64,000 bases of DNA from Tubulanus polymorphus (taxonomy: Eukaryota > Animalia > Nemertea): the NCBI RefSeq assembly GCF_964204645.1, contig NC_134025.1:18823101-18887100 (forward strand), in the 5' to 3' direction. Numbering within the stretch: the stretch's first letter is position 1; every line of letters starts with the position of its first letter. The notes under the pieces were generated by a model. That model did not search any database. It worked only from the letters and a program-made list of their open reading frames with translations, and was not told the DNA's origin. Positions 11,354 through 25,019 of the stretch are shown piece after piece. The position numbers and the translations under genes are program-made.

Positions 11354-12301
11354 ATGGAAGGAGGTAAAGTATATAAACATATTCCATACATCGATACACA
11401 TGAAAATAATGATGGTTTATATTATGTAATACCTTGTAATATAGCTTTGATATTTGATCCTATTTTCAAAATTTATAAAACTAAACTAATAGAAATCGAT
11501 AATAATAAAAGTGGTGTTGTTGATAATTTAAGTAATGTAATTGATAATAATGTAATATCTTCTACATCTAATAATGTAATACCTACTACATCTAATAATG
11601 TAATACCTACTACATCTAATAATGTAATACCTTCTACATCTAATAATGTAATACCTTCTACATCTAATAATGTAATACCTTCTACATCTAATAATGAAAT
11701 ATTATTAAATGTTAGTGAAAATAGAAATTATTGTGATTATTGTAAAGGCGAATTTTCAAACGCTCCATCAAATTGGAATAATCATATGAATACAAATTCA
11801 CATATTACTAATGTTATAAAACGTGTTGGTTTAAAAGAATTTATAGAACACCCATTTAGATATGTTACAAAGTTTGTTTCAAATCAAAAAGTAAATGGTG
11901 AAAAAATATATGAAGATTTATTATTAGCAACACCTAATAAAGATGAATTAGATCTAACCAATGCTAATGAAATATTAGGATCAAACACTGTAAATGAAAT
12001 ATTAGGAGCAAACACTAATAAAGATAATAATGAAAATACAGGAAAGCGCATTGATAATAAAGATTCTATGAAACTTAAATCAGAAAATAAAGATATAGTT
12101 GAGATGACTAATAAGTATATCAATAAACCAATTATTTATGAAGATACGGTTAAAAGGGTGAAGAATAAGTACAAAAATAATAAAGAATTTGAAGAAGAAA
12201 ATTCGGTAGAGAATTTGAATAGATTGTTAGGGTCTGATGATGAATTGGAGAGTGATTCAGAAAGTGATTCAGAAAGTGATCATCTAACACTCAAACAGTA
12301 A
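11354..12301 (+). CDS. Variable zinc-finger protein with 6x NNVIP(S/T)TS repeat and acidic tail
   Basis: CDYC..HMNTNSH finger; open 315-aa ORF; TAAATG start. Confidence 0.7.
   Translation: MEGGKVYKHIPYIDTHENNDGLYYVIPCNIALIFDPIFKIYKTKLIEIDNNKSGVVDNLSNVIDNNVISSTSNNVIPTTSNNVIPTTSNNVIPSTSNNVIPSTSNNVIPSTSNNEILLNVSENRNYCDYCKGEFSNAPSNWNNHMNTNSHITNVIKRVGLKEFIEHPFRYVTKFVSNQKVNGEKIYEDLLLATPNKDELDLTNANEILGSNTVNEILGANTNKDNNENTGKRIDNKDSMKLKSENKDIVEMTNKYINKPIIYEDTVKRVKNKYKNNKEFEEENSVENLNRLLGSDDELESDSESDSESDHLTLKQ
11545..11688 (+). repeat. In-frame 24-bp tandem repeat x6
   Basis: TAATAATGTAATACCT(T/A)CTACATC units. Confidence 0.95.
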
Positions 12302-12304
12302 TAA

Positions 12305-12655
12305 AGGTTGAAAATTGTATAAAATAATAGTAAATAAAAAAGGGGGTTTTAAGTATTAAGGTATCTAATACATATCTAATACGTATCTAATACGTATCTA
12401 ATACGTATTTAATACATATTATTTGAAAATACCTTAAATTATATTTCTTTTTCAAATTTATATTGAAACCTCAGTAATAATGAATAATCTTTATTATTTT
12501 CAAACTTATTCATATATTAGTTGAAAAAAATAAAAATAAATTGGTTGAAAATTGTATGAATAATATTTATTTTAAAAAAGGGGGTTTTAAGTACTAATGT
12601 ATTTAATACGTATTAAATACGTATTAAATACGTATTAGATACATAGGTATACAAA
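12305..12655. repeat. Structured intergenic region between convergent gene arms of E1
   Basis: Two direct copies of GGTTGAAAATTGTAT..AAAAAAGGGGGTTTTAAGTA, each followed by 11-bp quasi-palindromic GTAT(C/T)(T/A)AATAC units. Confidence 0.85.
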
Positions 12656-12658
12656 TAG

Positions 12659-13270
12659 TTATTTTATAAATTTATATTCATATGGAAATTGTAATCTCAG
12701 TAATAATTTTGAACCTTTATTATTCTTTAATTTATTCATATATTCATCATGTAATTCAGTAGGTATAATTTGATTTTCTTCTAATGATTGTTGCATAGAT
12801 TTGTTATCTTTGTTATAAGATAAAACTAGAAATCTTATATTCTCCCTAAAGTCTTTAACAATTGAATTATATTTTTGTTTTAAAACCCATGTTGTTATCC
12901 CAAAATGTCTTCCAGAGAAAGCTAAATAACATAACTCACTTTCTCTAACTTTTGAATCATGTAAATTTGCGCAATCATCTATAATGAATAATGTAATTGA
13001 TCCTTTATAAGTATCAATTGCTATTTTAATACAATTATCTAAATTTTCTTTTACTGTTTTAGGATTTAATATAATAAACTTTTTTATCCTAACTATATCT
13101 CTATTATATGTTTTATTCATTTCATAAGTAGGACAAAATAATATTATGTTATCAAAATGATTCTTATAAATAGTTTCTAACAAATCTAATATGAAATTTG
13201 TTTGACCACAATTGGTTACTCCAGTTATTAACATATTATGCGGTTCGAATATGAATAAATCTTTATTCAT
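12659..13270 (-). CDS. A32/FtsK-like packaging ATPase; Walker A lysine replaced by Q
   Basis: ITGVTNCGQT (E2 has GKT), Walker B FIIDD, SGRHFGIT arginine motif. Confidence 0.85.
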   Translation of the reverse strand: MNKDLFIFEPHNMLITGVTNCGQTNFILDLLETIYKNHFDNIILFCPTYEMNKTYNRDIVRIKKFIILNPKTVKENLDNCIKIAIDTYKGSITLFIIDDCANLHDSKVRESELCYLAFSGRHFGITTWVLKQKYNSIVKDFRENIRFLVLSYNKDNKSMQQSLEENQIIPTELHDEYMNKLKNNKGSKLLLRLQFPYEYKFIK

Positions 13271-14381
13271 TTATTCTTTTAATTTTACTAGATAAAATCC
13301 ATTCATTAAACTTATCATCATATCCTTTATATTTCACCAAAGAATACTTTTTTCCTTTAAGAGTTTTTGTTTTCAATACTTTTTCTATTTTGTATTCTAT
13401 TTCATCTGGATTTGGTACAAGTGATAATTCTTGTTCATAGAAATAACCTAATATTTCTTCATCTTTTAGATCTTCTAGTTTATAAACAAATGGTTTAGTT
13501 AATATTATCTTTTTAATCTTAAATATTTCTTCTGTAAAATTAGGGGTATAACCTTTATAAAATGTTTTTCTACATTTAGATATTCTGACGTGTTGTCCAA
13601 TTTTGAATCTAGGTTCACCGAAATCATGTGTAACAAATGCTCCATATAAATTATTCCAAACAATTTCCGAATTATCTTCTTTTCTAGCTTGTATAGGTTT
13701 CATATTTATAGAACTATGTTTAGAATTATTATAACCTTTCACTAAATCATCTAATACATCGATATATTTATATGTTTCATTAGCAGTAAAATATTTCCAC
13801 ATTCTAGTTTTCAATGTTTTATTAAATCTTTCTATAATAGATGCTTTTTTATCTGAATGTGTTGAAAAATAATCTACATCGTTATCAGATAATAGTTTTT
13901 TAAAATGTTTGTTATAGAATTCCTTACCTTCATCAAATTGTATCTTATCTGGAATAGCTTCTTTAAATATTGATTTAAAAGCATTTGTTACTTCTATTCC
14001 AGTTTTATTTTTGATTGGAATTGACCATGCGTATGGACTGAATATGTCTATAACATTTAATATCCAGAAATATCCTTTGTTGTATTCCTCTAAGTTCTTC
14101 ATGTCAATTAAATCTGCTTGCCATTGTTGATCGATATATGAAACCATAACTTTTCTTGTTAAATAAGTTTTATCCATTTTCTTGTGTATTTGATATGTTG
14201 GTTGATTTTGTAACCATGATTTTAATTCACTATATTTTATACCACCATGTGGGTGCCGTACGGCACCATCACCATTTTGATTATCAGATTTAATTTTATT
14301 CCATAATTCTGAAACGTTAGAATATGATACTTCACTTTCTGGGTTATAATATAAATCTCTTAAATATTGTTCTTTTTTCAT
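13263..14381 (-). CDS. int: Retroviral-like DDE integrase with C-terminal chromodomain
   Basis: WQADLIDM, VIDIFS, QFDEGKEF, IERFNKTLK; YKIEKVLK..LVKYKGYDDKFNEWI. Confidence 0.93.
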   Translation of the reverse strand: MKKEQYLRDLYYNPESEVSYSNVSELWNKIKSDNQNGDGAVRHPHGGIKYSELKSWLQNQPTYQIHKKMDKTYLTRKVMVSYIDQQWQADLIDMKNLEEYNKGYFWILNVIDIFSPYAWSIPIKNKTGIEVTNAFKSIFKEAIPDKIQFDEGKEFYNKHFKKLLSDNDVDYFSTHSDKKASIIERFNKTLKTRMWKYFTANETYKYIDVLDDLVKGYNNSKHSSINMKPIQARKEDNSEIVWNNLYGAFVTHDFGEPRFKIGQHVRISKCRKTFYKGYTPNFTEEIFKIKKIILTKPFVYKLEDLKDEEILGYFYEQELSLVPNPDEIEYKIEKVLKTKTLKGKKYSLVKYKGYDDKFNEWILSSKIKRINE

Positions 14382-14388
14382 CTTATTT

Positions 14389-14745
14389 TAATCCATTAAT
14401 AATAATTTAGATTTAGTTTCAATGGCTTTATGATTTGACTTATTTTCTTGTATAATAGGTTTATTGTCATTGGAATCATCTTTATCATTAGATTTGAATT
14501 TTGATTTATACATTACACCGGATAATATAATAACTGTTACTAATCCAATTGTAATATATAATTTATAATTACTTCCAGCATTAGAAGAATCAGATGGATT
14601 ATTATTTGAATCAATATCAGGTGATTCATTTATATCAGTTAATTTCTTTTTCTTAGCTTTTTTTAATTCTGAAGATCTTTTACCTAATTCTCTTGCCCAT
14701 TTAATTTGTTACTCGGATCTAGCCTTTTTCTTAACGCTATCATTC
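14389..14745 (-). pseudogene. Small basic single-TM protein, internal stop
   Basis: Manual reading gives WARELGKRSSELKKAKKKK..LYITIGLVTVIILSGVMY; homolog in relic near 39535-39890. Confidence 0.5.
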
Positions 14746-15345
14746 ACTTTTAGTTAATTTTTGTTCTGATTCATTTTCTGTTCCACCGTTTGGTTGTAGT
14801 ACAGCGTCATCTGTTTCGTTCTTACCTGATTTATATTCCATAGGTTTGATATTCGAAAATGTTATGACACCAGTAGAAATTAATGTCATAACCGATCCTA
14901 ATTGGAATGAAGCATATCCAACCCATTTTTGTAATTCAGTCATAACTAAATAGTCATTTTTCAAATCACTATATCATTTATTTTCATCATCAATTGGTAT
15001 TAACTGGTAACATAACTTAGAGTAACATTTGACAATACCATCTGAAATAGAATCATTTATTCTAGCTAATCTTGCCTCTTCATAAATCTTAAAATATTTT
15101 ATTACTTTATCTGGTTTCATAGCATCTAATTCTTGGAAAGTAATGATTCTATTTAAAAACTCCTTAGTTTTTCCACCGGCAATCAATAGTTCTAGATGAT
15201 GCTTACAATATAAATAGTATTCATAATCTATATTTCAATTAACTTGAGCACAATTAGTTACAACTGTATCTTTATTATCACTTATACCCAAATCATCTAA
15301 TGTTTTTTCAATATCAATACTATTCTTATTAGATTTCTTTGACAT
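14740..15345 (-). pseudogene. Conserved ~200-aa protein with hydrophobic C-terminal part, disrupted
   Basis: ORFs 14974-15186 and 14740-14964 are continuous in relic ORF 39131-39541; TAAATG start at 15345. Confidence 0.65.
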
Positions 15346-15673
15346 TTATATTAGAGAAAAAAAGCAAAAAAATATTATAAGTATTCTTCAAATGATACTA
15401 GCTAGTTAAAACTAAAGAATTCTAGTATTGACTACTGATACTAGCTATTTGAATTTAAAGAATTTCTATTTGAATCTATTCAAAATATAAAGTATTCTTT
15501 TTTGAAAAGAAAATATTAAAAATATAATAGAATTCACTAGCTAGTTGAAGTTATTGTTTTTTTATTATATTTTATTTAAATTCTATTTGATATCACCATG
15601 TGGGTGCCGTACGGCACCATCTCACTACTATTGTCTATCTATTAGGAGCAGTAATTATAACTGTCCAGATAAG

Positions 15674-16354
15674 TCATTTCGGATCCTTGATATCAAATTC
15701 CTCAACGTATTGTTCATTATTTGGATCATTGTTCCATTGATCAATAAATTTCTTTGCCTTTGTTAACTGTTCTAAATATAACTGTAAATCTAGTTTATTA
15801 GATTTGATTTGATTTTCTTTCTTTTCTAAAGGCCTTAAATTTTTCCAACCCCAAATAAGTTTTTTATTGTATTCATCATTCATGTTAAATTTAGATATTG
15901 GTAACACGTGATCAATATGGTAATAATCCCCATAATTATCTATATTCATTTTATCATCGAATTTAAATATAATCCATGATTTGAGAAATTCATCTGAACA
16001 ACCGAATAGATTAGATAGTGTTTCTGAATGTGTTTCTTTGTTGAATAATTGTGTTAATCTAGATCTTAAGCATAGTTTCAATCTAAAATTAAGATCTGTT
16101 TGATATCTTTCTCTCATATATTCTGTCATATAATCATTATAAGCTTCTCTATTATCTTCTCGATATTGTTTGGTATATAGTTTAAAACAAGTTTTACAAC
16201 AATATTGAAAACCATCTTTGCTAATCTTACGCTTACTAAATTCTGTTAAAGCTAATTTATCTAATTCACATTTAGAACACTTCTTGTAGTATATATTTAT
16301 AACACCAGCAGTGTTATTTGTAATATTGATAATTTGCGGTTGTTCTGGTTCCAT
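15674..16354 (-). CDS. HNH endonuclease with N-terminal Cys4 zinc finger
   Basis: CSKC..FSKRKISKDGFQYCCKTC; NYGDYYHIDHVLPIS..NLRPL..ENQIKSNK. Confidence 0.8.
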   Translation of the reverse strand: MEPEQPQIINITNNTAGVINIYYKKCSKCELDKLALTEFSKRKISKDGFQYCCKTCFKLYTKQYREDNREAYNDYMTEYMRERYQTDLNFRLKLCLRSRLTQLFNKETHSETLSNLFGCSDEFLKSWIIFKFDDKMNIDNYGDYYHIDHVLPISKFNMNDEYNKKLIWGWKNLRPLEKKENQIKSNKLDLQLYLEQLTKAKKFIDQWNNDPNNEQYVEEFDIKDPK

Positions 16355-16489
16355 TTATTATATGTATTTTTTTACTAAATTGGTTAATATTTTAGAATCC
16401 TCTTCCATTTCTTCGACCAACGTCATCCTTTTTCATTCCTCGCTGCTTTTGATAAGTTGTTTCGATTCCTTGATATCTGAATAATACCA

Positions 16490-16950
16490 CTGGGCAAAAG
16501 CGCGCATTCATGCGCGCTTTTGCTTAATGCGCATGCGTTAATCATAATTATATATTCATTATGTAAATTCTGTAAAATAGAAACAACCGAACACAGAAAA
16601 TATCAAAACGTGTTCGCATTAGGCAAAACCGCGCATTCATGCGCGGTTTTGCTCAATGCGCATGCGTTAATCATAATTATATATTCATTATGTAAATTCT
16701 GTAAAATAGAAACAACCGACATGAAATATCTAAACGTGTTCGCATTAGGCAAACCGCGCATTCATGCGCGGTTTTGTTCAATGTACATGCGTTAATCATA
16801 ATTATATATTCATTATGTAAATAGAAACAACCGACATGAAATATCTAAATCATACCACTGAGCAAAACCGCGCATTCGTGCGCGGTTTTGCTCAATGCGC
16901 ATGCGCTAATCCTAATTATATATTCATTCTGAATAGAAACGACCGAACAT
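16490..16950. repeat. Four ~113-129 bp tandem units, each with a ~30-bp GC-rich palindrome
   Basis: GCAAAACCGCGCATTCATGCGCGGTTTTGC-type cores at 16494, 16623, 16749, 16862. Confidence 0.92.
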
Positions 16951-17648
16951 AAAAATTCGCCAACCAGATTTACACAATACATTATACAAGTTGTTCGGCT
17001 TTTTCTTCCAATACAATTTATAATTACAAACATTTTTTCAATTGCTGGTAAATATTTAACTACATCAACAAATGTTAAACTTAATCATTGGAGTCTTAAT
17101 GTTTTTGAAATTCTTATATAGTTTCTTCGTCGATCTTTTGGCGATTCTTGTGTTTCTTGTGCTAATTTCTATTGGTTCGATATCCATTGCTGTTGATTCC
17201 TCAGTCAGAAAGAGTATCTTGAGTTTCTCTATCTCTTCTTGATGCGTATGGCGTTTTATTAATCTAAAAGATATTAGCGGCAACTCTAGCCATCTAAAAG
17301 ATATACTAAATACACTTAAATATATCTAAAGGTTTCATATTTAATAGCCCTAATAACTACAAAAAACAGTACTTACATTTAGATTTAGAATTGTAAACTA
17401 TAAACTCCTAATTTCGTTTCGAGAGATAGAATATCCTGAGCGTAATGTTACAGCGCCTGTTCATTTCCTGCCACGTCATCTGGTTCCGGTTCTAGAGTGT
17501 TCTACACGTTTGCAATATTATGACTCATATGTTTCGGCGTCATAGTAACAGCTGTAACAGCTGTGAATTTATAGATTTATTCAATAGTTCATTACATGAA
17601 ATGTATATAGGCTCAAATAGAATCATGTTCTAGTATAAATAAACAGCT

Positions 17649-18023
17649 ATGCATTATTTCAATCACACTTTACTAACACTTTTAATGTTTAAAAATCTAA
17701 CTCACACAAATATAAATATTGAAATAATGTTGTAAATATATACTTTTATATCTATTCTATAAGAGCTCGTTAATTACTCGTTACTTATATATGTTATTCA
17801 TTTATATTTTATTCATATATATGAATATTTTAAGAGTAATAGGGATAATAGGCTTTCATATCAAAGGTTGAAGGGGCGAGTGAGTAAAAAATGAAAATAA
17901 TAATAATTTACAGTTGAATTAGGAGTGTGCGCGACTAATTCAACTGTAAATTATTGTTATTTTCATTTTTTTACGAGCTCGACCTTTCGACCTTTGGTAT
18001 GAAAGCCTATTATCCCTATTACT
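17649..18023 (-). repeat. Right TIR of E1; hairpin at 17835-18023
   Basis: Reverse complement of 1521-1895, followed by TSD AACCAG. Confidence 0.95.
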
Positions 18024-18619
18024 AACCAGTCTTTCCCGCGGAATTTTCCATTGGATTAAAACAAGGGCCGTCCAATTTTGACGGTATAGAGAGTATGGCG
18101 GTATATATCGTGGGTATTTTACTATGTATTTGTAAAGAGATGTACATTGTTCACAATTTAAATTGTTCATCAAATTTGGCAAATATCTGCTCAGGGTAAA
18201 GAAACGTTCTGTTAATTCTGCTGTTCGCGGTAATCTGGGACAGTTCCCTCTACTTATAATTTTCTTGCCACTTATGGTCAAATAGTGGCTGCGCATTCTG
18301 TAAAATAGACAGTTCGACGATGGGTTAAATTCCCTAAAATCCAAATTCCTCAAAGTAGGTAAAAATCCCCCTCCTTCTGAATGTAGTTTAAGTAGATACA
18401 ATCTTAAGGTCAATTAATTCATAATTATGATACATATATCTAATTTATTATTGCGAAACATCTTAAGGATATCATGATCATACAAACTTTGAATTAAAAC
18501 ATACTACAAATTAACACAGCTTAATGAAAGGGTTCATCGCACATTTCAAATGTATTACACTAGCTTGAATCTTAAATATCTAGAATAAAAAGTTCATTAT
18601 TGCTTATAAATTCATGGCA

Positions 18620-19326
18620 TACTGCCCGATCCTCTCCGAGACCGGTGATACTACTGCTACCCCGATACCAGTGTTACCAGTGATACTGCCCGATCCTTCT
18701 GGAGACCGGTGATACTGCTGCTACCCCGATACCACTGATACCAGTGATACTGCCCGATCCTCCATGAGACCCGTGATACTGCTGTACCCCGATACCACTG
18801 TTAGCAGTGACACTGCGCGATCCTTCAGGAGACCGGTGATAGTGCTGTACCCCGATACCACTGATACCAGTGATACTGGATAATCCTCTTCAGGACCGGT
18901 GATACTAATGCTACCCCACAAATGCTGATGCTGATGCTGATGTGCTGATGCTCGGCACAAATTAGTTGAACCCACATACCGTTTGTGTAATTTTGGAGGA
19001 AGAACATTTTCACGGTGTGCGCCCAGACTTTGGAACCAATTCATTGACTCTCATCAAAAAGTTCTGGATATGTCGCCTGTCCAATTCAAGTCTCACCTCA
19101 AAACAGTACTTTTCCGTGCATTCTATGACACTCCAGAGGAGCGCTTTTGAACTTTTCCTCTTTGGCATGGAATTACAGCCCTTTAAAAGTGTTATTATTA
19201 TTATTATTACCCCGATACCACTGATACCAGTGATACTACCCGATCCTCCAGGGGACCAGTGATACTACTGCTACCCCGATACCACTGATACCAGTGATAC
19301 TACCCGATCCTCCAGGAGACCAGTGA
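18620..19326 (+). repeat. ~63-bp satellite; continues at 25058-25360 after the Gypsy insertion
   Basis: Units GATACTGCCCGATCCTCCAGGAGACCGGTGATACT..GCTACCCCGATACCACTGATACCAGT. Confidence 0.85.
18950..19209 (+). mobile_element. 3' fragment of an L2/CR1-group LINE inside the satellite
   Basis: Degenerate GGRTFSRCAPRLWN..FKSHLKT coding; (TTA)n tail. Confidence 0.6.
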
Positions 19327-19378
19327 TGTGATGGAATATGTCCATCAGTCGTTTTCTATGTTGTAACCGGAGATGCTG

Positions 19379-19456
<78 letters not shown>

Positions 19457-19584
19457 AAAAATACAGAACAATAGGTGATTGTGTTAATATCTTTGGTCTG
19501 CCTTTTTACTGGTTTTTGGGCTCTCGGAGTCGATATTTGGAGGAAACTTCTACTGTAAAACAGGCAGAATAGGACCCCGTTACA
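19327..19584 (+). repeat. 5' LTR of Gypsy element, contains (CT)n
   Basis: 3' end matches 25018-25057; (CT)n at ~19380-19455. Confidence 0.75.
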
Positions 19585-19819
19585 TCCGGTGGGATTTGAT
19601 TGTAAAAAACTAGTTGAGGTGAAATTGAGTTGAAGCGGTGAACACGTTTTTCTCCGTTTAGTCTGTGTAAATTACGGTTACTTTTTGTGTGTACTTTACG
19701 TACTTTTTACCTACTTCGTAATTCCTAGTTCATATTTAGTATTATTTTAGTGCCTGTTTCCCCTAATTTTATTTGCGGCCCTGTATTTTCTGTGTCATTT
19801 ATATAAAAGAATAGTAATT

Positions 19820-21288
19820 ATGTCGGATGTTGAGAATGATGTGTGTGAGCCCTTGGCCTTATCTAGGCCTTTGTCACCAACGGCCGGAGCTGCACATCGT
19901 GAACTCCTGGTTAGTGGGGAGGGTAACCTCTCGTCAAAACCAAAACGTGGCCGTCCAACGAAGACGAAAGCTGAAAATTTAAAAACATCTGAGGATTCCA
20001 TCATCCAGCGACTGACTGAAGTGATGGAGACGGTCATGACGATTGATGCACCCACCCCAAAAATGCACAATATTCCGGCACGCAAGCCCTATACCATGGG
20101 ACACAATTTCCGCGTTTGGCTCGAAAGGTTTGACGCGTTCGCTGACCTGGCTCAGATTAGTTCTCGCATTAACGGGGGCGAACAGCGTAAATCACACCTG
20201 ATGATGCGACTTGACCATGAGGCATACCAGGCTGTCTCGAACCTACGTCTCGACTCGAGTCTGTCGTTTGAGGATTTCTGTCGGCGGCTATCATCCCGTT
20301 TCCAACAAACAGAGACTGTGGATGACTTTAAGATGTTGTTGAAAGGGAGGGACCAAAAGACAACAGAATCTGTGGAACGCTATGCTGACGAGTTAGCAGA
20401 ACTGGCAAGGAATGCCTACCCTGGCATTGTCTTCGAGCTACAGGATGAAATAGCCTACCCGTCTCAGCAAAGCAGTCAATGTATGCGGCCCAGCCAAGTT
20501 CGCTGGCTACAGCAGTCGCTCAAGCACGGACTCTGGAAACAGCGAGACGGTTGACTGAGGGCACGACTCGTAAACAAAAAGTATCCGTTAACCCATCCTC
20601 GCTTGCCAGGGGTCCGGTATCACTCCCGAACTCGCTTCCACCAGCCCCCTGGCCTCACGAAGCGTGATTTCATTACTGGTGCTGTTGCGCGTGACGGACG
20701 TCATATATGATTTGCGAAATACTTCCTTGTTCGGTAAAACGTTCGCTGATTGGTCAATTTAACGGGAAAACCAACAGAAGTCTACTGACGGTTTGTTACA
20801 AGCGCTGTGATTGGTACGACCGGATTCTGGTCGGCTAGTAACGACTCCAACGACTCGTGAGGTCAAGGGGTTCGGGGAACAGCTTTAGCGTAGTGGGTTC
20901 GAATCCCTTGACGGGTGAAGATGCCGTAAACCAGACCCAGCTCGACTCGACTTGCTCAGCCATAGCCAAACAACTCGACGAATTGAAATCAATGATGGGA
21001 ACGCTGATGGCTCGAGTAGGCCATTTGGAAGCAGTTGTCTCTGGTAATGGCAATCGTCGACCGCCTGCTGATGACACATGTAGGCGTTGCAGGGATGCAG
21101 ACCACCCCAAAAACTTGTGCCCACAAGTTAAATGCTATAATTGCGGGGGAGTGGTCACTATTCAAGTAACTGCCACCTACCTCAGGGAAACCAGGGAAAC
21201 GAGAAGCGGGGTTTTCAGGGGGGCAAGGGAAACCCCATCAGGAAATAGTCCCCCCTGTACCGCTGTATATACCCCCCGCAAGACGTAG
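19820..21288 (+). pseudogene. gag: Gypsy gag, frameshifted
   Basis: FRVWLERFD, Q..TESVERYADEL..LA; zinc knuckles CRRC..H....C and CYNC. Confidence 0.75.
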
Positions 21289-21577
21289 GAAAAATCGGAT
21301 GAATATGGCAGATGGCCTTACGTGTGATGCAGTAGAGATGCACCTATTGATGGTTCCCCTCATACTAGCCCCACCACTGTGAGACCATCAAACCATATTC
21401 AAATGATATCGAGACCATCAAACCATATGCAAACGACACCTCAAGATGGATATGTGGTTGCTGGCCCGGCATGTGATTCTAGTGGAGATACACCTACTGA
21501 TGGTCAGCATCCTACTAGAACCATCACTGTTAGGCCACCACAACATACCCAAAGTATAGAAGAAAATCCCCACTGAT

Positions 21578-25019
<3,442 letters not shown>

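Larger units (their letters stand above)
1521..18023 (+). mobile_element. Full-length Polinton/Maverick-type endogenous DNA virus E1 (~16.5 kb), several genes disrupted
   Basis: Ends AGTAATAGGG...CCCTATTACT; identical 6-bp flank AACCAG at 1515-1520 and 18024-18029; 375-bp TIRs; PolB, integrase, ATPase and capsid-like genes inside. Confidence 0.95.

Noticed and set aside
16490-16950. CRISPR-like array (palindromic repeats with spacers)
   Set aside because: Spacers are near-identical copies, no cas genes, eukaryotic context
17440-17560. CCACGTCA and TGACTCA as host Pol II promoter elements near the right TIR
   Set aside because: Short motifs, no clear intact downstream gene, no second copy to compare
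17835-18023. Flip/flop hairpin isomers
   Set aside because: All three visible ends have the same arm outermost; no isomer evidence in this window
17940-18413. 157-aa minus-strand ORF
   Set aside because: Crosses the element boundary and TSD; no motifs
1-18620. Direct repeats at 1-335 and 18357-18620 as LTRs around E1
   Set aside because: Too diverged, with indels, and E1 has its own TIRs and TSD; better read as host repeats
18620-19326. CRISPR-like array or coding ORFs in 63-bp repeats
   Set aside because: Whole unit repeats; it is a satellite and the ORFs are by-products
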